In this document: positions 20,671 through 29,738 of the stretch, piece by piece
How the letters are laid out: every line of letters begins with the position of its first letter
Position numbering within the stretch: the stretch's first letter is position 1
Assembly: GCA_011605725.1 (NCBI GenBank)
Contig: JAAOZP010000017.1
Span: forward strand, 320,001 to 384,000
Origin: Nitrososphaerota archaeon
Lineage (GTDB): Archaea; Thermoproteota; EX4484-205; JAAOZP01
Direction of reading: 5' to 3'
Length of the DNA stretch: 64,000 nt
Translations under genes and position numbers: made by a program
The notes under the pieces: model-generated
Seen by the model: only the letters and a program-made list of their open reading frames with translations
Databases searched by the model: none
Told to the model about the DNA's origin: nothing

Positions 20671-21165
20671 ATGTCTCAGGCTGCATACTCCAAAAGGTTT
20701 TTGATAATTGTAGTCATCGTCTTCGCATCATTACTCGTTGGAGAAACCTCTTACCTAGTTGGCCTTAGGAGACAGTTGGATATGCTTACGGAGGAGATGG
20801 AGACCCTAGCTAGGAACGTTGAAACAATTACTCTGAAAGTAAGCCTTCTCGTGAAGTATGACAATGGTACCAAGATTTGGTTTAACAATACTCTTGTTCC
20901 AGTCGGCTGGACCCTGTTAAATCTGACTATTTATGCTCTAGGGGGAAACGTGGATTATCAAGTGTATCCTTTCGGTGTTTTCGTCACGGGGATAAACGGT
21001 GTGAGCCAGCATGGGAATTACTACTGGTTCTGGTACAGGTGGGATCCGGAGACGCGGGACTGGGTTCTCGGAGAAACAGGTGCAGACGCGTATGTTCTTA
21101 AGCGTGGCGATGTATTAGCATGGTACTTGGCGGATACTAGCAGTTGGCCTCCTGGTAAGCCTTAA
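20671..21165 (+). CDS. DUF4430 (transcobalamin C-terminal-like) membrane-anchored protein
   Basis: GVFVTGINGV...YYWFWY...GADAYVLKRGDVLAW. Confidence 0.78.
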   Translation: MSQAAYSKRFLIIVVIVFASLLVGETSYLVGLRRQLDMLTEEMETLARNVETITLKVSLLVKYDNGTKIWFNNTLVPVGWTLLNLTIYALGGNVDYQVYPFGVFVTGINGVSQHGNYYWFWYRWDPETRDWVLGETGADAYVLKRGDVLAWYLADTSSWPPGKP

Positions 21166-21185
21166 CGTTTTTCTACAGGATCCGT

Positions 21186-21815
21186 ATGTCTATAACTGGT
21201 TTGACCGCGCTGGAGTCTTTGAAAAAGCTTGTTCAAGAGTGTATGGAACATCCTAAGGACTACACTCCTGGCCATGTTCTGCTGACCATTATCCAAACTG
21301 GAGAAGGCTCTGTTTCAAGGGCTAAGCTTCAAAAGCTGCTTGGCTTAGGCGATGGCTCTGTGAGAAGCATGGTTAAATGCATGAAGAAACATGGCTTAAT
21401 CCATACTTCGGCCAGCGGCAGCAGGCTAACCGGTAGGGGGATGAGGATTCTTAGACAAGTGAGGCTTCATGTTCCAGATTTGAGGAAAACCGGTTTAGAC
21501 TACCTATCTGTCGGAAGGGTCAACTATGCGGCTGTGTTGAGAGGCATTGAGCCTCCTGACGTTTTGAAGACTAGGGACATGGCTGTTAGGCTTGGGGGAA
21601 GCGGGGCAGTGCTTCTAACCGTTAGGGAGAAAAGTCTTGAAATACCATGTGTTGCAGAGGATCTTAGAAGCGTCTCGGTGAAAGACCATGAGGAACTTAG
21701 CAAAATGAGCCTTAAAGAAAAGGATTTCATACTTATTGTGGGCGGTGACGATGATTGTTCAGCCTTGAGAGCCTTAGGGTCAATACTTCTAGAGCTGCTC
21801 GTGCGTCAAGCTTAA
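21186..21815 (+). CDS. Winged-helix regulator (DUF4443-like)
   Basis: SRAKLQKLLGLGDGSVRSM...GSRLT.RG; RD.AVR.GG.GA. Confidence 0.7.
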   Translation: MSITGLTALESLKKLVQECMEHPKDYTPGHVLLTIIQTGEGSVSRAKLQKLLGLGDGSVRSMVKCMKKHGLIHTSASGSRLTGRGMRILRQVRLHVPDLRKTGLDYLSVGRVNYAAVLRGIEPPDVLKTRDMAVRLGGSGAVLLTVREKSLEIPCVAEDLRSVSVKDHEELSKMSLKEKDFILIVGGDDDCSALRALGSILLELLVRQA

Positions 21816-21842
21816 ATCCGAGTGTAGAACATTAGCATCAGG

Positions 21843-22685
21843 TTGACAATAGCCGTTTTAACGCATAAGCCATCTTCATACTCATCCATACGCCTTATGG
21901 AGGAAGCAAGCAGGCTGGGTGTCGGCTGCCACTTAGTCTCGTTCAGCGAAACTGCGCTTATTTTGAAGAAGGGTGTTGTCGAGCTGAGGATCCTCCAGGA
22001 TAAGGGTGTTAGAAGAGTGTTTTCAAGGCCAAAAACCCTGTTAAGCCCCGTCTTTCTGTACGCACTCTCCATAACCAGGATCCTGGAGGAAGAGGGTTTC
22101 TACGTGGTTAACCCGTTTAAAGGCTTCATGAATACTTTGGACAAGATGATCACCTACAGGAACCTATGTTTGAAGAGACTCCCGGTACCTGATTCTTTCT
22201 TCACGTCCTCGCAGGAAAGCGTTAGAGAAAAATCGCCACCCTTCTTCTTAAAGCCGATATACGGCTCAAGGGGTAGGGGAGTCAAGCTTGTTGAAAGCCT
22301 GAAAACTTTTCCCAGCCTTGAAGCTCATGGGGCCTGGGTGGTTCAAGCCCCAGCTAAAGACTCGAATTGGGACCTAAGGCTGCTCGTCTTAGAAAACCAT
22401 GTGCTAGCAGCGATTAAAAGGGTTTCAAACAAGCCTGTTACAAACATATCTCAAGGAGGCTTTGGAGAAGCTTTTGAAGGAGACGGGGAGCTTGCGGAGC
22501 TCGCAGTCAAGGCTTCCGAGGCTTTAAGCTGTGTTTTTGCGGGCATCGACATATCTTTCAAGAATGGTGAAGCTTTTATACTTGACGTTAACCCTCAACC
22601 AGATTTCATGGGCGTGGAGAAAGCTACTGGAGTGAACGTGGCTCGAGAGATAATCCGCCACATGCTTTCCAAGGCAGGAGAATAG
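21843..22685 (+). CDS. RimK/CofF-family ATP-grasp ligase
   Basis: DK, KPIYGSRGRGV, DLR, TNISQGG, GIDI, DVNPQP. Confidence 0.85.
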   Translation: MTIAVLTHKPSSYSSIRLMEEASRLGVGCHLVSFSETALILKKGVVELRILQDKGVRRVFSRPKTLLSPVFLYALSITRILEEEGFYVVNPFKGFMNTLDKMITYRNLCLKRLPVPDSFFTSSQESVREKSPPFFLKPIYGSRGRGVKLVESLKTFPSLEAHGAWVVQAPAKDSNWDLRLLVLENHVLAAIKRVSNKPVTNISQGGFGEAFEGDGELAELAVKASEALSCVFAGIDISFKNGEAFILDVNPQPDFMGVEKATGVNVAREIIRHMLSKAGE

Positions 22686-22687
22686 TC

Positions 22688-23308
22688 TTGAGAACCACTG
22701 GCCTGGTTATAGCGCTTGGACACGGAAGGGAGGGGTTCGTGGAGCTGAGCCAGCTTGAAGGATTCCCTGTTTTCCTCCATGTTGTCAGGAACATTGGAGA
22801 AGTGGTGGAGGAAGTAGCCCTGGCGGTGGCTAAGGATTTTCAAAACGTTTTTGCCCAGGCTGTTTCGGAATACGGCTTCGAAGAATGCAGCATCCTAGGC
22901 TTAAACAATACTGAAGACTTGTTCAGCACTTTTAAAGAATGCTTGCAGAAGGTTTCGGGAGAGGTTGTTGTCACAGCCCCGGCTAACGCTCCCCTCATAC
23001 CTGTCGACATACTTGCCCTTCTAGTGGAGCTCTGCGAGAAAAGAGATGCTGTGCTGGTTAGGGATGTGAAAGGAGGGGTTGACTGGCTCCTGTCAGCCTA
23101 TAACAGGCGTAGCTTTATGGATCTTGTTGAAGCAAGGAGACCAGCCGGCTTCGAAGAACTCGTAGACGGGTTGAGGAGAGTCATGTATATAGCTCACTCC
23201 GGTTTAAAGGATATTGACCCTCTGCTTCTCACGAATATTAGGGTTACTCGTGCTTCAGACATACCTTTCATAGAGAAGCTCCTTAAAGGGGTCAGAAGGG
23301 GGCGTTGA
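22688..23308 (+). CDS. MobA/CofC-like nucleotidyltransferase-fold protein (divergent)
   Basis: VVTAPANAPLI, LLSAY, DIDPLL.TNI pattern of MobA-like proteins. Confidence 0.6.
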   Translation: MRTTGLVIALGHGREGFVELSQLEGFPVFLHVVRNIGEVVEEVALAVAKDFQNVFAQAVSEYGFEECSILGLNNTEDLFSTFKECLQKVSGEVVVTAPANAPLIPVDILALLVELCEKRDAVLVRDVKGGVDWLLSAYNRRSFMDLVEARRPAGFEELVDGLRRVMYIAHSGLKDIDPLLLTNIRVTRASDIPFIEKLLKGVRRGR

Positions 23309-23309
23309 G

Positions 23310-24056
23310 ATGATCAGGATATTCGGGATAAAGTATGACGGCTTCATTAAGAAGGGTGATAACCTTGCTAAAATAACCATAGAGTCACTCCGGAAAGACG
23401 GTGTGCAGGTTGAGAATGGAGACGTGGTTACGCTCACGCATGTCGCGGTTTCAAAAGCAATGGGCTACACGGTTAGGATTAGCGAAGTCAAGCCCAGCCC
23501 CTTGGCGGTAGCGCTTGCAGACAGGCTTTGCAAGCCGCCGGAGGAGGTTGAAATAATACTTAGAGAGAGCAGGGAGATAGTTAGGCTTTCGGGAAGAAGA
23601 ATAATAACTAGAAACAGGGGTGGAATAGTTTGCGCCAATTCAGGCATAGACCTATCTAATGTTGACGGCGGCTTAAGCATGGCTTTTCAACCGAGAAACC
23701 CAGACAGGATCGCTAGGAGGATAAGGAGGCAGTTTCTCGATGAGAATATTGACGTCGGGGTAATAATAACCGACTCTTTTGAAAGACCATTCAGAATAGG
23801 GCAGGTCAACATGGCTATAGGATGCTCAGGAATAGCTCCTATTAAGGATCTTAGGGGTAAGACAGACCTCTTCGGGTATGTTTTAAGGTTTAAAAGAATG
23901 GCGATTGTTGATGAGCTTGCTGCTGCGAGCGAGCTTGTAACAGGCAGTTCTTCAGAAGGCTTCATAGGAGCGTTAATAAAAGGATACTGCTATGAACGCT
24001 CGGATGAGGGTATTAAAAGTATTCTGAGAAGTAGGAAAACAGACTTATTCCTTTAA
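23310..24056 (+). CDS. cofE: Coenzyme F420-0:L-glutamate ligase
   Basis: VSKA, ANSGIDLSN, ITDS..RPFR.GQ, DLRGKTDLFG, DELAAA. Confidence 0.9.
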   Translation: MIRIFGIKYDGFIKKGDNLAKITIESLRKDGVQVENGDVVTLTHVAVSKAMGYTVRISEVKPSPLAVALADRLCKPPEEVEIILRESREIVRLSGRRIITRNRGGIVCANSGIDLSNVDGGLSMAFQPRNPDRIARRIRRQFLDENIDVGVIITDSFERPFRIGQVNMAIGCSGIAPIKDLRGKTDLFGYVLRFKRMAIVDELAAASELVTGSSSEGFIGALIKGYCYERSDEGIKSILRSRKTDLFL

Positions 24057-24109
24057 TCTTTCAAGATCTTAAACCCCATGGGGAAACCGTTAATAATCCT
24101 TAGAACAAG

Positions 24110-24811
24110 TTGAGAAGCATGGTTGAAGGCGCTCCAGTTATGCATGAAGGAGAACTCATCGGGTTTGTTAAGAAGGAGTATGAGACAGCTAGGCTGATAG
24201 AGGTTATTTTAACCGGCGAGCCTGGGAAGCAGATAGACCTTAATGCTCTTAATGAGACGTTAAAAAGACTCCCTAAGCCTCATAAGACTCTTCCTCCAGA
24301 AGCCGTTGAACTACTGGATGAGGATTCAATAATGGTTAGTAGAGCCTTAGCCAACTCGGTAGCGCTGCCATTCGTCAAACCAGTTATGAAAACCTTGGTT
24401 CCATTAGAAATGTTCAAGCCAATATCTGGAACCAGCCATATTCTTCAGATAGAGGTTCCAAGTAGAGACCTAACTCCCTGGATTGAAGACAGACTTGCAG
24501 GCATACCTGGATTAGCTGGCGAATGGTTCGCGGGCAAGGTTGACGGAATGATAATCAGGAGGAGGCAGGCCTCCATAGAGTCTGTCAGAACAGGAGTGAT
24601 AACTCCGCGCGCCCAAGTATCAGGCGAGTGTTTAACCATATTTGACTTCAACAATGGTTTAAAAACGTTTAAAACGCTTGCCGACATGAATATTCCGATT
24701 ATGTATGGTGACGTAATGCTTGTAGACGGGGTTCTGGAGGAGAAGAAGCTGATTTTAAAGGCGAAGCTTATTTTCCTGATAAGGTCTAGAGAAATGTGGG
24801 TTTTCGACTAG
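24110..24811 (+). CDS. Hypothetical protein
   Basis: 233-aa ORF, no recognised motif. Confidence 0.6.
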   Translation: MRSMVEGAPVMHEGELIGFVKKEYETARLIEVILTGEPGKQIDLNALNETLKRLPKPHKTLPPEAVELLDEDSIMVSRALANSVALPFVKPVMKTLVPLEMFKPISGTSHILQIEVPSRDLTPWIEDRLAGIPGLAGEWFAGKVDGMIIRRRQASIESVRTGVITPRAQVSGECLTIFDFNNGLKTFKTLADMNIPIMYGDVMLVDGVLEEKKLILKAKLIFLIRSREMWVFD

Positions 24812-25449
24812 GAAACTGGTTTCACAATGCTTGCAACGGTTTCAGGGTTCTCTGATAAACTCCCTATCTTCCAAACAGGCAGGATTAAGCAGCCTTCCAA
24901 TACTCTCGCCTCAGAATCCAGGAAAGTAACAACCAGTGGGTAAACAGGCTTCCTAATATTTTCTTTTCCCGTCAAGTACTGGTATAGAAGCCTCGTCCTT
25001 TCGAACTGAAGCCTGGAGGCTGAATGAATGTTGTAGTTTCTCTTAACCCATTGCTTGCAATCTATTGAAATAAGCATGCTCGGGGTTTCAACCAGAACAT
25101 CTATCTCCCTAACAGTCTTTTTAATCCTGAACCTGAAATGCTCCAATACTCTGAATCCTTTCACTCTGAACACCTCTGCGATTACTCTTTCAAACCCCCT
25201 CCAGTTAACCGATTTAAGAACACTCTCAAGGCTGACTCCTGATTCAAGCACTTGTTTAAGAAGCATCAGGAAGCCTTCTGGAAGCACTTTAACCCCCCTG
25301 CTTACCTCCACAGCCCCGCCTTCCTCTGAAAGCAGCTTTAAACATTCAACGTACTCCGAAGCCTCTTTCCTGCATAGGAGCGGCCCCTTCTCCAGAAGCC
25401 TTTTTAAAAGTTTGAGACAGTTTTTCCCCCAACTTTCTTCCCGCGACAT
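24808..25449 (-). CDS. Mrr/NERD-like PD-(D/E)xK nuclease-domain protein
   Basis: WRGFE..IA..F...GF, EIDVL...IDCKQW. Confidence 0.75.
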   Translation of the reverse strand: MSREESWGKNCLKLLKRLLEKGPLLCRKEASEYVECLKLLSEEGGAVEVSRGVKVLPEGFLMLLKQVLESGVSLESVLKSVNWRGFERVIAEVFRVKGFRVLEHFRFRIKKTVREIDVLVETPSMLISIDCKQWVKRNYNIHSASRLQFERTRLLYQYLTGKENIRKPVYPLVVTFLDSEARVLEGCLILPVWKIGSLSENPETVASIVKPVS

Positions 25450-25461
25450 GCTGGAGGTAGG

Positions 25462-25980
25462 ATGAGGAAGAATTATATTTATGGTTTGAAGCGTAGAACC
25501 GTGTTGAACGCTGCCTGGATACTGATCCTTACAGCCTTGCTGACGCGTCTCGATACGACGGGAAGCAATGGTGAAGTCTACATTACCGTAGTGTTGAAAG
25601 TCACTCCTTTTGAGCCTCTTGGGAAAACCGATTTCAAAGTCTATGTAAACGGTTCTTCAAGCCTATTCGGGGTTGAGCTTAAAGTAAGCCCTTCAGAACC
25701 CCTGGTTTTTAAAGTCCCTAAGGGAAGCTATCTAAGGATAAGCGGGGAACTGGAGATCGCTGGCGACTATGGTTTCTGGTATCGGTTGGAAAGCGTTAAC
25801 GGTACTGGCCGATCAATAGAGTTTAAGGCTGATCGCGACTCCACCGTGTATTTAAATTATACTGTTAATCACCTTCTTACGTCACCATATTTTATAGCTG
25901 TCTACTTGCTGTTAGCACTGCTTTTCATGAGAAGGCTCATCATGTCTCCTAAGCAGATAAAAACATTTAAAAAGCAGTGA
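25462..25980 (+). CDS. Hypothetical membrane protein
   Basis: N- and C-terminal hydrophobic helices flanking a beta-rich domain. Confidence 0.6.
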   Translation: MRKNYIYGLKRRTVLNAAWILILTALLTRLDTTGSNGEVYITVVLKVTPFEPLGKTDFKVYVNGSSSLFGVELKVSPSEPLVFKVPKGSYLRISGELEIAGDYGFWYRLESVNGTGRSIEFKADRDSTVYLNYTVNHLLTSPYFIAVYLLLALLFMRRLIMSPKQIKTFKKQ

Positions 25981-25998
25981 AGGAAATAAAAATGGGAA

Positions 25999-26547
25999 AT
26001 GGCTAAGAGTAGACCCGTTATACTTATAGCTGGAGAGCTTGGAGCTGGTTGCACAGAGGTTGGGGAACTCGTTTCCAGAAAGCTCGGCGGCATAGAGGTT
26101 TACAATACTGAGAGATTTATAAGAAGCTTGGTTTCCTCACCCCACTTGAGTTTCCAGACTCTCGTAGCAAAATCTGTTTCTGGAGAGATAGAGATAGAGA
26201 AGGTGTTGCAGAGCATGGTTCTAGACGTGGTTAATAATGGGCCAGCAATAATAGAGGGGAGGAGCGCCCTGTTCGTATTGACGCATGAAGTTGATTTGAA
26301 AGTCTTCCTGTATAGCGATTTAGACGGGAGGTTGAAGCATATAGCTGAAAAAAGGAAGACTGAGGACTTGAAGCAGATAGAAGAGGATATTAGAGCCTCA
26401 GACATGGATAGAAGCAGCCTTGTTGAAAGGCTTTACCGCAGGAATTGGAGAGACCCCTTGTTTTACGACATTATGATAAACACTTCTAAGGTGCCTTATG
26501 AAGAAGTAGCTTCATTCATAGTCGAGGCTCTAAAGCTTAAGCGTTAA
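25999..26547 (+). CDS. Cytidylate kinase-like protein
   Basis: AGELGAGCT (variant P-loop), IIEGRSA, DLKVFL, YDIMINTS. Confidence 0.78.
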   Translation: MAKSRPVILIAGELGAGCTEVGELVSRKLGGIEVYNTERFIRSLVSSPHLSFQTLVAKSVSGEIEIEKVLQSMVLDVVNNGPAIIEGRSALFVLTHEVDLKVFLYSDLDGRLKHIAEKRKTEDLKQIEEDIRASDMDRSSLVERLYRRNWRDPLFYDIMINTSKVPYEEVASFIVEALKLKR

Positions 26548-26573
26548 TCATAATTGAACTCATGCTGAACATT

Positions 26574-26590
26574 AAAGATTTATATATAAC
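26574..26590 (+). promoter_or_regulatory. BRE/TATA promoter of the H1-like small gene
   Basis: AAAGATTTATATATAAC about 20-30 nt upstream of ATG 26610. Confidence 0.65.
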
Positions 26591-26609
26591 TTAGCGGAAA
26601 ACACTACTC

Positions 26610-26783
26610 ATGAGTGGAGCAGCTACTGGTGGAGAAGCTAAACCTGTGCAGCCAGCTCCAACGCCTGCGCCCGCACCGGCACCGGCACCTGCGCCTGCGC
26701 CTGCAAAGCCTCCGGCTAAGAAGGCTAAAAAGGCGGCTAAAAAGACTAAGAAGGCTAAAAAGGCCAAGAAAGCCAAGAAATAA
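26610..26783 (+). CDS. Histone H1-like Pro/Ala/Lys-rich basic protein, 57 aa (not in ORF track)
   Basis: MSGAATGGEAKPVQPAPTPAPAPAPAPAPAPAKPPAKKAKKAAKKTKKAKKAKKAKK; synonymous variation across repeats, TATA upstream, T-tract downstream. Confidence 0.8.
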   Translation: MSGAATGGEAKPVQPAPTPAPAPAPAPAPAPAKPPAKKAKKAAKKTKKAKKAKKAKK

Positions 26784-26807
26784 GGGTATAAACACGTTTT
26801 TTCTTTT

Positions 26808-27443
26808 TCAGCATAATAATCGGACAATGTCTTTAAGACTGTTAACGACAAACAAGGCTCCATGAGCATCCGGCACAGGAGCTCCTGGTTTAACGCATAA
26901 GATGGATATTCTAACAGCTTTAAACATGCTTTTATCGTGCATACTGTCCCCAACAGCAGCGGCCTCGCTCAACGGAATAGAGTGTTTTCCACAGACTCTT
27001 TTTAAAACATCCACCTTTCTCGAAGGATCCACGTTTATTTCTACTGCTCCTGTGAAACAACCCTTACTGTCGAAAACCATTCTATTAGAGATACATTCGT
27101 CGGCACCAAGGGCTTTACACACTTTTTCAGCAAGCACATCTAAGCCGCTTGAAACAATTACTCTTAAAACCCCTTTCTCTGCAAGCTGGTTGAAGACAAA
27201 ATATGCTTCAGGCTTTATTCGGACACTGGAGAACACCTGTTCGAAGAAAGACCTGTGTAGCCCCCTAGGCCATAGGCTGACATCGTGCTTAACGAATTCC
27301 TCATAGTTTATTTCCCCCCTTGAGAATTTTTCAAGCGCCCTTCTAGCAATATGGTCAGTCCCTAAGAACCTGTGGACGGTTCGCCAGCTGCTCTCCTCTT
27401 CAACGAGCGTACCATCCATGTCGAAGAAAACTATCCTAACCAT
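26808..27443 (-). CDS. HAD-superfamily hydrolase (phosphoserine phosphatase-like)
   Basis: FFDMDGTL, VSSG, K, VGDSMHD. Confidence 0.88.
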   Translation of the reverse strand: MVRIVFFDMDGTLVEEESSWRTVHRFLGTDHIARRALEKFSRGEINYEEFVKHDVSLWPRGLHRSFFEQVFSSVRIKPEAYFVFNQLAEKGVLRVIVSSGLDVLAEKVCKALGADECISNRMVFDSKGCFTGAVEINVDPSRKVDVLKRVCGKHSIPLSEAAAVGDSMHDKSMFKAVRISILCVKPGAPVPDAHGALFVVNSLKDIVRLLC

Positions 27444-28003
27444 TGCGTCAAGCTCATTGTTTCAATGAAGGCTGAAGTAAGCAGCAGGCTGCCGACTATT
27501 AGGAGAGTTGTCAAGTAACCCTTCAGCTCCCTGCTAACCCTTTTCTCAATTACGGCAAAGAGGCCGGATAACCCTTGGGCGGAAGCCAAGCCGTAAGCTA
27601 GGAACTCAAGTATGCCGGATGGTGTTGATAGGAGCCTGACGGCTAGCGAGAGCGAGTCAAGGTTTTTTAAAGTAGAGATTGCTGAAACCGCGACCCCAGT
27701 GGTTGACGACGAGACTATGCTGAAGCCGAACCCTATGATTGGAATCATCATAATGATGCTTATGCTAAGATTATGCGCGAAAATATCTATCGGCCCTGTA
27801 AAACCCATGCTTGTCGAAACCGAGGAGTATATTTCCTCGGCGAAAGACTTCTCAAGGGGAATTGTGGAGGAGATAAGGAAAACCGTTGAAAAAAGGAAAA
27901 CCGTTATGGGGAAAAGACCCCATTTCGTGTGGAGGAATGAGGGGAATACCCCGCTATCCTGACTGCCTTTATGGCTTAAGCATGGTTTTTCAACAGTCTG
28001 CAA
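27431..28003 (-). CDS. SpoIIM (DUF95) family membrane protein
   Basis: IFAHN, P.GILEFLAY, SAFIE. Confidence 0.75.
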   Translation of the reverse strand: MQTVEKPCLSHKGSQDSGVFPSFLHTKWGLFPITVFLFSTVFLISSTIPLEKSFAEEIYSSVSTSMGFTGPIDIFAHNLSISIIMMIPIIGFGFSIVSSSTTGVAVSAISTLKNLDSLSLAVRLLSTPSGILEFLAYGLASAQGLSGLFAVIEKRVSRELKGYLTTLLIVGSLLLTSAFIETMSLTQWLG

Positions 28004-28092
28004 ACTTGGAAGAACCCTGAGCCGTCTAAAATATAAGGTTTACTGAAAACTCCAGTCTTTTGCTTAAATATCTCGGCTTCATTCAACCAGGC

Positions 28093-28638
28093 ATGGGCAG
28101 TGAGAGCATTGTTAAAATCGAGACTCTCTACAGGGGTAGAATAATATCTCTCCACAAGTACCATGTTTCATTCAGGGGTTTAAGGTTTTTCAGGGAGATC
28201 GTTGAGCATCCTGGTGCTGTCGCAGTTATACCTGTTAAAGACGACGGTAGAATCGTCATGATTAGGCAGCATAGGCTTCCCGCCGGAAGAAGTCTCGTTG
28301 AAATACCTGCAGGAACAATGAGGACCGGCGAGAATGAGGAGGAGTGCGCCCGTAGAGAGCTTCTTGAAGAAACAGGATACAGGGCACGGGTTTTGAGAAA
28401 AATATTAAGCTTCTATCCGGCGCCAGGATACTCCACTGAGAAAATAACTTTGTTTCTCGCAAACAGTCTGGAAAAAGGAGAGCAGATGCTTGAAGAAGAC
28501 GAAGCCATAGAGGTGATGGAGATACCGGTGGAGGAGGCTGTTAAGCTGTTGGAGAACGGTTTGGTGGAGGATGCTAAGACGATCATCGGGTTATACTGGC
28601 TTGCTGAGCAGTTTAAAACAGTTAGACATGTTGGATAA
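28093..28638 (+). CDS. NUDIX hydrolase (ADP-ribose pyrophosphatase-like)
   Basis: HPGAV, EIPAG...ECARRELLEETG, DAKT. Confidence 0.9.
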   Translation: MGSESIVKIETLYRGRIISLHKYHVSFRGLRFFREIVEHPGAVAVIPVKDDGRIVMIRQHRLPAGRSLVEIPAGTMRTGENEEECARRELLEETGYRARVLRKILSFYPAPGYSTEKITLFLANSLEKGEQMLEEDEAIEVMEIPVEEAVKLLENGLVEDAKTIIGLYWLAEQFKTVRHVG

Positions 28639-28685
28639 GCTGGAGACCGATACCCATATATTCGAGATGATTTTAATTCCGTTTC

Positions 28686-29519
28686 ATGAGTAATGGGGAA
28701 ACGGCTCTGCCTAGGCTGGATTACGCGAGGGTTGCAAGCTACATAGCGGCCAGGCTTAAACAGTATTTTGAAGCCTCCGGAAGGAGGGTGGGTGTAGTGG
28801 GTCTATCGGGAGGAGTAGACAGTAGTGTAGTAGCATACTTAACCACAATGGCTCTGGGGAGAGACATGACGAGGCTTTACCTCATGCCTTCAAGCGTCAC
28901 GCCTAGGGAGGATATGGAGGATGCTATTAGCGTCGTCGAGAAGCTTGGAATACCGGATGGAAACTGGAGGATAATAAGTATTGATGAGATCGTTGAATCC
29001 TTTGAGAAGAAGCTTGGGCAAATGGGGAGGGTTGAAAGAGGAAACATAATGGCGAGAATAAGGATGACAATACTCTACCATGAGGCTGCTGTTAACAATG
29101 GACTGGTCGTAGGGTCAGGAGACAGAAGCGAATACCTCTCCGGGTATTTTACGAAGCATGGTGACGGTGGGGCTGATGTTCTTCCAATAGCAGGGCTGTA
29201 CAAGACTCATGTGCGGCAGCTTGCGGAGTATCTGAAAATCCCTGAGAGAATATGGGTTAAGCCGCCCTCTCCAGCCTTATGGCCAGGTCAAACAGCCGAG
29301 GAAGAGCTTGGAGTAGACTACACTACGCTGGACACGATACTCTACTTGAGGTTCGACAGGAAGCTTAGCGGGGAAAAGATACACAGGGTTTCCGGCATAC
29401 CCTTGGAAACCGTGGAGAGAGTTCTGGAAAGAGTTAGGCTTACAAGACATAAGAGGCAGTTGCCGAAAAGATTCTTGATAGACTATGAGGAAATGGGTGT
29501 TAAACGCTCCTCCGGCTAA
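28686..29519 (+). CDS. nadE: NH3-dependent NAD+ synthetase
   Basis: GLSGGVDSS, GNIMARIRM, GYFTKHGDG, KPPSPALW. Confidence 0.93.
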   Translation: MSNGETALPRLDYARVASYIAARLKQYFEASGRRVGVVGLSGGVDSSVVAYLTTMALGRDMTRLYLMPSSVTPREDMEDAISVVEKLGIPDGNWRIISIDEIVESFEKKLGQMGRVERGNIMARIRMTILYHEAAVNNGLVVGSGDRSEYLSGYFTKHGDGGADVLPIAGLYKTHVRQLAEYLKIPERIWVKPPSPALWPGQTAEEELGVDYTTLDTILYLRFDRKLSGEKIHRVSGIPLETVERVLERVRLTRHKRQLPKRFLIDYEEMGVKRSSG

Positions 29520-29650
29520 AGCCTGTGGATTCCCTGCTCCCCAAGGCTAAGTCTCTCAATGTACCGGTTAAGCCGCTAACAACAACTGCCGTAAGCGTGG
29601 AACAGATGACGCTTCATATTTTTAACCGTGCTATTGTAGTTAGCGCTGTA

Positions 29651-29668
29651 AAAATGTTTGAACATTTT
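29651..29668. promoter_or_regulatory. Inverted repeat (putative operator) upstream of the LysE gene
   Basis: AAAATGTT-TG-AACATTTT, perfect 8-bp arms. Confidence 0.4.
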
Positions 29669-29738
29669 AAACACGATTTCCTGTTGAGACGGTTAAACAT
29701 AAAGAATATTAATTAATCTAGAGCTTGAGAAACAGGGT

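Noticed and set aside
26591-26953. Track ORFs 26591-26953(-), 26604-26795(-), 26614-26865(+)
   Set aside because: Shadow frames of the low-complexity H1-like gene 26610-26783, which has the promoter and coherent composition
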